From the NCBI GenBank assembly GCA_040756875.1, contig JBFLYH010000001.1, forward strand, positions 1,388,299-1,452,298: a DNA stretch of 64,000 bases. The letters run 5' to 3'. This DNA is from a candidate division FCPU426 bacterium (GTDB taxonomy: Bacteria > Oederibacteriota > JAAXVQ01 > JAUVAV01). Under the pieces are notes generated by a model, which was not told where the DNA came from, made no database searches, and saw nothing but the letters and a program-made list of their open reading frames with translations. The translations under genes were made by a program, and so were the position numbers. Shown in pieces: positions 40,000 through 48,489 of this stretch; the first letter of the stretch is position 1, and the number at the start of each line of letters is the position of its first letter.

Positions 40000-42900
40000 T
40001 TATCGAATCAAGGCCACCTTCTTCTTCAATTTCATTACCTCGTTGCCACTGGCACCGGTTATTTCAATGCGGCAAATATAAATGCCCGGCGCCACGCCCT
40101 CGGCTTGCCAAGTCGTAACCAGGGTCTGCCCCTGGCCGCCGTCCCGGAATTCCGTGATCGCGGCTACCCGTTCCCCGGTCAGCCGGTAGATGTCAATCTT
40201 CACCTTGCCCGCACCTGCAAGTGTATAGGCGAAATGCACATTCCCGCGCGAGGGGTTGGGATAAGTCATGACCTGGTTTTTGCCCAGCCAGGGGGTGGGC
40301 GTGGAAGTCGGCGTCAGGGTCGGGGTTGATGTCGGTGTCAGGGATGGAATGGTTATTGGCGTCGAAGTGGGAGTGGGAGTAGGAGTGAATACAGAGGTAA
40401 CGGACGGCACCGGCGTCAGGGGAGCCATGGTACTGCCCATGACACTGCCCGCTTGGCCGACCCATAGATAGTCGACCTCAAACCATTTGCCGGCCGCGCC
40501 CTCCACGACCATCTCCAGATTGAACTCCTGGACGCCCGCCCACCCGGTTATCGCGGAATAATTGTAAGTATATTCCCCGGTGCTTGACGAGCTGTTCTGC
40601 AGGACGGCAAATTCCGTCTCGCTGTCTTTCTTGCGAATGATCAATTTCCATGCGGTGTCGGCCGAAATCCGGTCCACCTTGATTCCCACGATCGGATACT
40701 CACTGACGTTCGCTGTGAGCAAGGGAGACTGGACTTTTCCCCAGCCGATGGCATCCGCCGTGCGGGTAATACAAGCCACGGAATAGGCGGAGGAAAAAGC
40801 GACGTGCGCATTAAAGCCCGTGTCGTCGTTTTCGTCCTTCCACTCTTGCGGCTGCACCCATAATGTGCCTTTGAAATGGTCGGCCCAGGCCATGCCGGCC
40901 GGCAAGGTCGGTTCCGGCGGCCGGGTCCCGTTCACGACGCTGATGTTTTCCAGCCAGGCGGCGGCATAGTCGGTCGGCGAGGGCAGCACCCCGTTGGCCG
41001 CCCCCACGATCAGCCTGAAACTCCGGACGCCATTTTGCAGGCTTTCGGGGAGATAATACTTGAGGTTGTAAATATATTCGCCCGGCAGGCCTGCGTCGTA
41101 TTCCATCCGGACGATGGGATCGCTGGTCGAGCTGCCCAATTGCAAATAGGTATACCATACCTGCTGAACCTTCCGGACGTTCATCCTCACATCCGCTTCC
41201 TGGTCCATATCCACGGTAAACGGCTGGCTGGCGGCAATGCTGCCCCAAAAATCCTGGGTCGTCGATCCGGCAACATTGAGTTTGACTTCCGTGCCGTCTA
41301 TCACGCGGCTGGTCGAACCGTCGCGGACCGGCCACTGGGCGATGATGTCCGGCACTTGGTAGTTGAGCAGGATCTGTTCGGCGCCTGCGGCTGCCGGCAT
41401 CACGGCCAAGGGCGCGGCGGGCCTGGACACCTGGTTAAGCGGATTGAACGTCGTGCCTTGATAGGCGTTCAACACCGCTCCCACGCCGTCGCGCATGGCC
41501 CCGGCCGTGGTAAAACAACCCTTGTTTTGGGTGACAAAATCGTTCAAAGTCCAAATCATGGTGCCGGCGATGTCCGCGGAATATGCCTGCGAATAAACAC
41601 GGTTGAAATAGGCGGCGATTTGTTCCGCAGAATACCCGGCATTATAATCCAACCCGTGTTCTTCGAACAGAATCGGCCGGGTTACGCCTTTTTTCGCCAT
41701 AAGCTGTCTGGCCTGCATGACCATGCCCAGCTCCGGTTTGTCATCGCCGAGCGAATGGAGGGCAAAAACATCTATATTCGTCAGGTCCAGCGCCCGGATG
41801 GCAAAAGGCCGGCTGGAGGCAGCGACCAGAAGATGATTCGGGTCCTGGGCCTTCATATGTTCGGCCATGTTGGCATGCCACGCATACGCTTCGTCTTTTT
41901 TGCTTTGCAAAGCGAAATGCAGCGCATAAAGATCGAGTTCGCTGGTTACCCCCCAGGCAAAGATGCGGTCGTCCTCCTTGAAACGTTCAAGCACGGCGGT
42001 CAAATGATCCCTCATTCCCTGCCACTTCGAGACCGAATAATCCCGGGCATAGGGGAAGAACGTGAGTTCGACCCGCAGGCCCAGGCGGTCGGCAAGGTAT
42101 AAAAAGTCCTCCATACGCGCCAGCATTTCCGGCCTCACGCTGGCCCCGCCGAATTCTTCGTAGTGCACGAAAAATCTCACCGCGTTGAACCCAAGTTGGG
42201 CAACACGCGCGAGTTCTTGTTCGACCCGTTCCGCATCCCATTGGCTCCACACTTCGTGATTCGTCTCATCGTAGGTCGCAGGATAATAATTGACCCCTTT
42301 GATTTTAACCACCGTGCCATTCAGTTCCAGCTGTTCGGGTTCGGTCGCGCTGCGATGGATGAAACTGACGGCAGCCGGCCTGCGCACTCCGAATATTTTC
42401 ACGTAATCAATGGCCAGGTTGCTTCCGGCGATCCCCTGGACCTTAATCTGAATCTGAAGCCGTTTCTCTCCTGACCAGCCGGCGATCGCCGCATAATTGA
42501 AATAATAGCGGCCCGGGGATGCCTGCCACGGGCAGAGATCGTAATCATTGCCTTCCACCTCATGAATGCCGACTTTCCAGGCGGTGCCAGCGGAAACGCC
42601 GTCTACTTTGATCTCCAAATGATCATACTGGCTGGCATTGGTCAGGAACGGCAGGGACACGGTTTTCCCTTCCGCGTTTTCCAGCAGAGTCAACGTCGCG
42701 GTCGTGCTCCCGCTTCCGTCGCCGACGAACTCGGAATCCAGGCCGGAATTCTGGCTTTCGTCAAGCCAGCCAAAAGGTTGGCCGGAAATGTTCCGGAAAT
42801 GGTCAAACCAGAAATCCGCGATCGGGGTGACCGAAACCGTGGCTGTCATGGTCATGGTCGGCGTCGGGGAAACGGTCGGCGTCTGCGTGGCTGTAAGGGT

Positions 42901-44487
42901 TTGCGTAGGCGTGGGGCTGATGGTGCAGGAGGCGGAAAGCGTCGAGGTCACTGTGGGTGTCGGCGTCACCGTGGGCGTCGGAGTCAGCGGAACGCTCTGA
43001 CGCAGGCTCACGCTGTCAAAAATGGCCGAATGGTTCGTCCCCTCGGTAAACAAATCGACGCCGAACGTGACGATTCCGCTCCAGCCCATGACGCTGCGCA
43101 GATCCCAGGCATAGGTTCCGGCCGCCGAGATTCCGCTCTGGATGTCGTACCCTCCTGTCCCCCGCGCTACGCCGACCTTGACGGTCCCGGTGGCGACTTG
43201 ATCGATTTTGACTTCCAGAAAAGGATACTGATCAATATCCGCCGTTATGTTTTGGCCGGTCATGATCTGCGCATAATTGGCCTGGCCGTCATTGGTTTCG
43301 ATCACATAGCCGTCGCGCGTGTCGTACCAGGCAATGGGCCTGGTTAGGAGCCACCCTTGGGGGGGATTGCCGGGCGAAGACGGAGGGATGTCATCCGAAT
43401 AGTTGAACTCGTCCTGCCAGGCCACTGTCGCCGAAACAGTCTGAAGCGGATTGGTGCTGATTCTCACGAAGTCCAACTTCACCTGGCAGTTTGCGCCATC
43501 CGAAATCAACTCCACACCCAGGTATTTGATTCCGCTCCACGCGCCGCTGGTGGCCGCGGGAATATCGAAAGTATACAGCCCGGGCCGGGTAATCGACTGG
43601 GCGCAGGTAAACGATTGCCACCCCCCCGAGGTGGTGAACACATTGACTCTGAACGTTCCGTTCGTTACGCTGTCCACTTTGACTTCCAGCGTGGCATACA
43701 CATTCAGATTCACGTCCTGCGAAAAGGACTGCACCTTCCCCCACGAAGCCCCGGGGACTGTTTGCAACAAAGCCCTCGAGATTTGGCTGTCATAGGCGAT
43801 TTCGGCGTTGAAGCTGCCGTTATTGGTTTCATCGTACCATCCCGGGCATTGCATCCCGGGGGACGAAGGAGGGACATCGTCGCTATAGACGAATTCTTCC
43901 CTCCACTTGTACAGGGCATAGGCGGGTTTGCGGGTTATTTTAATGTAATCCAATTCAATCCATTTTCCGGAAGCGCCCTCGACCACGACTTCGAACTTGA
44001 AAGCATGCGTGCCTGTCCAGCCAGCCACGGCGGCATAATCGTAGCAAAACGTTCCGCCGGTGTTCTTGGTGGCCTGGATCACCCAGGAAGGAGAACCCGG
44101 GGTGCTTTCGCGCAGAATCAGTTTCCAGCCCGTGCTCGACGACAGCCGGTTGACTTTGATTTCCACCAGGGGATACTCATCGACATTGACCACCCGCTGC
44201 GGGGTCGACACCTTCCCCCATACGTCCTGGGCGGTCCGCGTCACAGCCGCCACGGAGGATTGATACGAGTAGGCGATTTCCGCGTTGAAGTCGGCGGAAT
44301 TGGTTTCGTCGATCCAGCCGGCAGGCTGCGCCCCCGGCGCGCCTCCGTCGAAATGATTGATCCAAATGTCCGGCGTGGGGGTAGGCGTCGGGGTCGCCGC
44401 CGCCCATCCCGGCAATGTAAACAACAGCCATCCGACGAACAACCACCTGGTTTGCGACCCTGTCTGAATCCCGCTTTGGTTTTTCAT
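40000..44487 (-). CDS. Secreted GH-A clan (GH5/GH2-like) glycoside hydrolase with 5 repeated modules and T9SS-like CTD
   Basis: Paralog of 9241..12741 (KGVNYYP, WGVTSE, PILFEEHG); CTD ...KKVALIR. Start chosen at ATG 44487 (GGAGG SD); the ORF is open from 44529. Confidence 0.8.
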   Translation of the reverse strand: MKNQSGIQTGSQTRWLFVGWLLFTLPGWAAATPTPTPTPDIWINHFDGGAPGAQPAGWIDETNSADFNAEIAYSYQSSVAAVTRTAQDVWGKVSTPQRVVNVDEYPLVEIKVNRLSSSTGWKLILRESTPGSPSWVIQATKNTGGTFCYDYAAVAGWTGTHAFKFEVVVEGASGKWIELDYIKITRKPAYALYKWREEFVYSDDVPPSSPGMQCPGWYDETNNGSFNAEIAYDSQISRALLQTVPGASWGKVQSFSQDVNLNVYATLEVKVDSVTNGTFRVNVFTTSGGWQSFTCAQSITRPGLYTFDIPAATSGAWSGIKYLGVELISDGANCQVKLDFVRISTNPLQTVSATVAWQDEFNYSDDIPPSSPGNPPQGWLLTRPIAWYDTRDGYVIETNDGQANYAQIMTGQNITADIDQYPFLEVKIDQVATGTVKVGVARGTGGYDIQSGISAAGTYAWDLRSVMGWSGIVTFGVDLFTEGTNHSAIFDSVSLRQSVPLTPTPTVTPTPTVTSTLSASCTISPTPTQTLTATQTPTVSPTPTMTMTATVSVTPIADFWFDHFRNISGQPFGWLDESQNSGLDSEFVGDGSGSTTATLTLLENAEGKTVSLPFLTNASQYDHLEIKVDGVSAGTAWKVGIHEVEGNDYDLCPWQASPGRYYFNYAAIAGWSGEKRLQIQIKVQGIAGSNLAIDYVKIFGVRRPAAVSFIHRSATEPEQLELNGTVVKIKGVNYYPATYDETNHEVWSQWDAERVEQELARVAQLGFNAVRFFVHYEEFGGASVRPEMLARMEDFLYLADRLGLRVELTFFPYARDYSVSKWQGMRDHLTAVLERFKEDDRIFAWGVTSELDLYALHFALQSKKDEAYAWHANMAEHMKAQDPNHLLVAASSRPFAIRALDLTNIDVFALHSLGDDKPELGMVMQARQLMAKKGVTRPILFEEHGLDYNAGYSAEQIAAYFNRVYSQAYSADIAGTMIWTLNDFVTQNKGCFTTAGAMRDGVGAVLNAYQGTTFNPLNQVSRPAAPLAVMPAAAGAEQILLNYQVPDIIAQWPVRDGSTSRVIDGTEVKLNVAGSTTQDFWGSIAASQPFTVDMDQEADVRMNVRKVQQVWYTYLQLGSSTSDPIVRMEYDAGLPGEYIYNLKYYLPESLQNGVRSFRLIVGAANGVLPSPTDYAAAWLENISVVNGTRPPEPTLPAGMAWADHFKGTLWVQPQEWKDENDDTGFNAHVAFSSAYSVACITRTADAIGWGKVQSPLLTANVSEYPIVGIKVDRISADTAWKLIIRKKDSETEFAVLQNSSSSTGEYTYNYSAITGWAGVQEFNLEMVVEGAAGKWFEVDYLWVGQAGSVMGSTMAPLTPVPSVTSVFTPTPTPTSTPITIPSLTPTSTPTLTPTSTPTPWLGKNQVMTYPNPSRGNVHFAYTLAGAGKVKIDIYRLTGERVAAITEFRDGGQGQTLVTTWQAEGVAPGIYICRIEITGASGNEVMKLKKKVALIR

Positions 44488-44574
44488 TTTCCCCCTCCGG
44501 CGATTGGATTTCTCCAGTGAAACCATCATCCGTCCGCTTGCGTTTCACCGTTCCTTTCAGCGGACGGATCAGAA

Positions 44575-47457
44575 TCATTTGTATCCATATACTCTTACAT
44601 AATCCAGCAGGATAAACTGCCCGGGCTCCCCCTCCATGTTGATCTGCACGATGAATTCCCTGACCCCGCGCCAGCCGGTCTTGGCCCGTAGGTCCGCCGA
44701 ATAGGTCAGGGCGTCGGCCGAGCCGGCGACAAGGTCCCAGTAATTGTCCGTGCCCGGCTCGCGCAGGGCGATGTTCCAGCGCGTGCCCGGCGAGTTGCGG
44801 ACCACTTTGGCTTCCACGTAGTTGTAGCGGTCGACATCGAGGCGGATCAGGCGGCTGCGGATGTTCCCCCAGGTGCTCTCCGCGGTGCGCGTGACCGCGG
44901 CGAAGCCGGGTTCGCACGCATACGCGATCTCGGCATTGAGGTCCGCCTGGTCGGTTTCATCCTGCCATTGCGAGGGTTGCCGGCCCGGCGTGCCGTTGAA
45001 GTCGTCCTGCCATCCGTTCATGCAGGGCGGCGTGACGGTGGGCGTGCCGGTCGGGCGCTGCCGCGGTTCGGCCAGGCCGGGCACAAAGGCGCCCATCCGG
45101 TTGTTCACGATGACGGCCCGGGAGGAAAACCCGGCGGTTGTGATGAACATCATCCAATATCCCGGTCCGAGATCAGGGGGAAACCTCAGGCGCAGCGTGT
45201 CCTTGGTCTGGGACCACGCCAGGGGATAAAGCCGGGAAGTCAGGTCCAGCATTTGCCCGGAAGAACTGTACACGCCCATGCTGCCGCTGTCCAGGGCGAG
45301 GAGCCAAGCCCGGGGATAATTCACAGCCGAACTGCCCCACCCCTGGCCGCAGCCTGCCCCCCAGGGGCCGCGAAATCCCTGCCCGATCACGATGCCGATG
45401 GCCCCGGGTTTGGCCACATCGGACCAGGTCTTGATCCGCGGGCCTGGCCCGGATTCAGGCGGCAGGGCTTCGCCGCGATAAGAACAGGCTTCCAGGCTGG
45501 CCAGATATTCCAGCCGGTCCTCGCCGCCGGTCAGCAGCACGCGGCCGTCCGCCAGCAGCGTGGCCGTATGCTCCCGGCGCTGGCCCGCCAGCGGGGCTGA
45601 AAGGTGGAAATGGTCCGTGGCCGGATGGTACCATTCTGTTTCCGCGGCGCCGCCCGCCAGCAGGACGTCGCCGCCGGGCAGCAGGGTGGCGGTGTGCCCG
45701 CTGCGGGCCCGGTTGAGGCGGCCGGCGGAAACGAACCGGTTGGTCGCGGGATCATAGCGTTCCGCCCCGGCTAAAAGGCTTTCCTGATTGGCGCCGCCGG
45801 CGATCAAAACCTGGCCGTTGGCCAGGCGTGTGGCCGTGTGCATGGCTCTGGGTTCGGCCATGGCGCCGGCGGGCGAAAAACGCCGGGTCAGCGGATCGTA
45901 CAATTCGGCGCTGGCCAGGTAACGCGCGCCGTTGTACCCTCCGGCGATCAGCACTTTGCCATTGGCCAGCAAGGTTGCGGAATGCTTTTCCCTGGGTTCA
46001 GCCATGCGGCCCGCGGAGATGAAGCTTCTGCTTTCAGGATCATAGAGCTCGGCGCTTGCGAGATGCTTCTGGTTGAATCCCCCGGCCAGCAGCACCTGGC
46101 CGTTGTTCAGGAGTGTGGCCGTTTGCTTTTCCCGCCGGGCCAGCATCCTGCCCGTCATTTCGAAGCGCCGCGTGTCCGGATGGTAAAGCTCGGCGCTGTC
46201 ATAATACTCGCCGTCGCCGTAGCCGCCGGCCAGCAGCACCTCGCCTCCGGGCAGGAGGGTCGCGGAATGGCAGTGCCGCGGAACCAGCATCATGCCCGCC
46301 GCCAGGATGGCATTGGCCTGGGGGGCGAAGCGTTCGCACTGGGCGAGATAACGTCCGTTATAACCGCCCGCGATCAGAACCTGGCCGTCCGGCAGCAGGG
46401 TGGCGGTGTGGGTGTGACGGGAAAGGCTCATGGATCCCAGCGCGGTCCAGGCGCCGGTTCCGGGCAGGTAGAGTTCCGGCCGCAGCCCGCTGCCGCCGCC
46501 GAAGACGAAGACTTTGCCGTCTGGCAGCAGCGTGGCGCTGTGGAAGGCGCGGGCCGAAGCCATGGGCGCCTGCGTCAGCCAGCGGTTGCCGGCAGGATCA
46601 AACCTCCATGCCTGAGGCCCGGACAGCAGCATCACCGTGCCGTCAGGCAGCAGCGTGGCGGTCAAACCGGGCCGGAGGGCGTCCAGCTGGCCCACAACCT
46701 GCGCGCGCCGCTCCTGGGGGAAATACCGCTCCACTGCCGCGGGCCCGCCGCCGGCCAGCAAGACGCTTCCGTCCGCCAGCAGCACGGCCGCCGGGTCGAT
46801 GCGGTCGCCCGCGAGCCGGCCGGCGGACTGAAAGTCATTGCGCCCGATGCGGTAGATTTCCACGGCCGGGTTCCCGCCGCCGGCCACCAGCACCTGCCGC
46901 TCGTCCAACAGGACGGCCGCATGCCCGGCGCGAGCGAATTGAAGGTTTCCGGCTTTTCGGAATTTTCCGTTTCGCGGGTCGTACAGTTCGGCCGCCTGCG
47001 GGCCGCCGCCGGCCAGCAACACCTGGCCGGTCGGCAGCAGCGTGGCCGTGTGCCCTGCCCGCGCAAAATGCATGCTGCCCGTGGAGGTAAACTCGCCGGT
47101 TGCCGGCTGGTAAATCTCAGCCGAGGATTGCGGCTTTCCGAACGCGTCCTCGCCGCCCGCGATCAGAACCGTGCCGTCGGGCAGCAGCGTGGCCGTGTGC
47201 CGGGCCCGCCGGTTGGTCATGTATCCGGCGACGCGGAAAGTCCCGTTTTGCGGATCGAACAGCCAGGCGCCGTAGCCCGGCCGGCCCTGGCTGAAGCCTC
47301 CGGTCAGCAGCACTTTTCCGTTGGGAAGCAGGGTCGCGGCATGCCGCGCAGTGTCCGTGGTCGCTTCCACCGGATAGCACCACTCCCCGGCAGCGGCTGA
47401 TTTGAGGTAGGCGAATATCAACAGGGCGGATAGCAGGATGCGAGCGGTAGGTCTCAT
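44575..47457 (-). CDS. Exported Kelch-repeat (double beta-propeller) protein ending in one repeated module, no CTD
   Basis: Signal peptide; about 14 R..HTATLL.DG.VL.AGG...AELY.P repeats; final WQDDF..QPSQW...LDYVRV module. Confidence 0.85.
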   Translation of the reverse strand: MRPTARILLSALLIFAYLKSAAAGEWCYPVEATTDTARHAATLLPNGKVLLTGGFSQGRPGYGAWLFDPQNGTFRVAGYMTNRRARHTATLLPDGTVLIAGGEDAFGKPQSSAEIYQPATGEFTSTGSMHFARAGHTATLLPTGQVLLAGGGPQAAELYDPRNGKFRKAGNLQFARAGHAAVLLDERQVLVAGGGNPAVEIYRIGRNDFQSAGRLAGDRIDPAAVLLADGSVLLAGGGPAAVERYFPQERRAQVVGQLDALRPGLTATLLPDGTVMLLSGPQAWRFDPAGNRWLTQAPMASARAFHSATLLPDGKVFVFGGGSGLRPELYLPGTGAWTALGSMSLSRHTHTATLLPDGQVLIAGGYNGRYLAQCERFAPQANAILAAGMMLVPRHCHSATLLPGGEVLLAGGYGDGEYYDSAELYHPDTRRFEMTGRMLARREKQTATLLNNGQVLLAGGFNQKHLASAELYDPESRSFISAGRMAEPREKHSATLLANGKVLIAGGYNGARYLASAELYDPLTRRFSPAGAMAEPRAMHTATRLANGQVLIAGGANQESLLAGAERYDPATNRFVSAGRLNRARSGHTATLLPGGDVLLAGGAAETEWYHPATDHFHLSAPLAGQRREHTATLLADGRVLLTGGEDRLEYLASLEACSYRGEALPPESGPGPRIKTWSDVAKPGAIGIVIGQGFRGPWGAGCGQGWGSSAVNYPRAWLLALDSGSMGVYSSSGQMLDLTSRLYPLAWSQTKDTLRLRFPPDLGPGYWMMFITTAGFSSRAVIVNNRMGAFVPGLAEPRQRPTGTPTVTPPCMNGWQDDFNGTPGRQPSQWQDETDQADLNAEIAYACEPGFAAVTRTAESTWGNIRSRLIRLDVDRYNYVEAKVVRNSPGTRWNIALREPGTDNYWDLVAGSADALTYSADLRAKTGWRGVREFIVQINMEGEPGQFILLDYVRVYGYK

Positions 47458-47635
47458 GGAGCCCCCAGGCAGGCCAGTATAGCTTGGAGTCAGGTGGCAA
47501 ACAAGGGTTTAATCCCTCCGCAGAGGGATAGGATAGCGGGATTGTCTTGCGGAGGGAGGGAGCCCTGGCCAGCGGTCCCGTAGGGACCTTCTGCCCAGGG
47601 TTCACTCCACTGGCGGTTGGGAACAGCTGTCAGGA

Positions 47636-48253
47636 TCAGGCGGTCACCAGGCCCACGGCATCTTCCCCCAGCCACGGGCGGCTGATTTTCGACAGTAAAT
47701 GTTTGCCCCGCAAGAGGCGCACGCCCAGGATTGCAGCCGGAATGTTCAAACGCCTGGCTGCTTCGCTGTAAGAGTGGCGCTTCCAATAAATAAGGTAGAT
47801 CACGCGCCGGTATTTCTTCGGCAGCGTCTTCAAGGCCTGGCGCAGGCCGCTGATCTGCTGTTCCAGCACCAGCTGCTCCTCCAGGTTGTTTCCCGGTGCG
47901 GTCAAAACCAGGTTCTCGGGCAGACCGGCCTGAGGCAGGCGCCGCCGCTTGGTCAGATGTGTCTTGCAGGTGTTGGCCGTTATGCGGAACAACCAGGTCC
48001 ACAGCCCCGATTGGCCGCGAAAATTAAGAATCTTTTTCTCGCCCAAGACTTTGGAAAAAACTTCCTGTGCCGCGTCCCGGGCATCGTGCAGATCGCGGAA
48101 ATAACGCAGGCAGGTATTCAGCACTTTGCGATAGTATCGGTCTGCCAGCTGATCCGCCGCGCTTGCCACGTTATTACGGATTAGCTGGATGAGCTCCATA
48201 TCCGTTAAATCGATCGTATCTTTCTTTTCAGTACAAATAACAGGCATGGGCAT
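47636..48253 (-). CDS. ECF-type RNA polymerase sigma-70 factor
   Basis: Region 2 DARDAAQEVF...TWLFRITAN; region 4 LP...R.V..L....SYSEAARRLNIP; 205 aa. Confidence 0.9.
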   Translation of the reverse strand: MPMPVICTEKKDTIDLTDMELIQLIRNNVASAADQLADRYYRKVLNTCLRYFRDLHDARDAAQEVFSKVLGEKKILNFRGQSGLWTWLFRITANTCKTHLTKRRRLPQAGLPENLVLTAPGNNLEEQLVLEQQISGLRQALKTLPKKYRRVIYLIYWKRHSYSEAARRLNIPAAILGVRLLRGKHLLSKISRPWLGEDAVGLVTA

Positions 48254-48283
48254 TCGCTCCTATATTAATGATTCACAATAATA

Positions 48284-48299
48284 AGCAAACGCCATGCCA
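48284..48299 (-). promoter_or_regulatory. sigma54 (-24/-12) promoter of the ECF sigma gene
   Basis: Minus strand TGGCATGGCGTTTGCT = GG-N10-GC, matching TGGCA-N6-TTGCW, 30 bp upstream of the start codon. Confidence 0.75.
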
Positions 48300-48412
48300 C
48301 TTCTAGGCAGTTAGTAAAAAACTCTTTTCCTTATAAATAAGCTGTTTCTGCATTTATTCAAAAGAAGAGACAAACGAAACCGGAAGGTTTTTATTCCAGC
48401 CGGAACAAATAA

Positions 48413-48430
48413 CTTCCACTTCAGTGGAAG
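48413..48430. promoter_or_regulatory. Palindrome, candidate enhancer (UAS) for the NtrC-like activator
   Basis: Perfect CTTCCACT-TC-AGTGGAAG about 115 bp upstream of the sigma54 site. Confidence 0.45.
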
Positions 48431-48489
48431 CCGCACTGGGCAGGCACCTGGATATTTTAGGAGGGATTTAAATCATTCCGGCGGACAAC

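Noticed and set aside
47490-48002. 170-aa ORF as a possible anti-sigma
   Set aside because: Overlaps the sigma gene out of frame, with no TM helix or ZAS motif.
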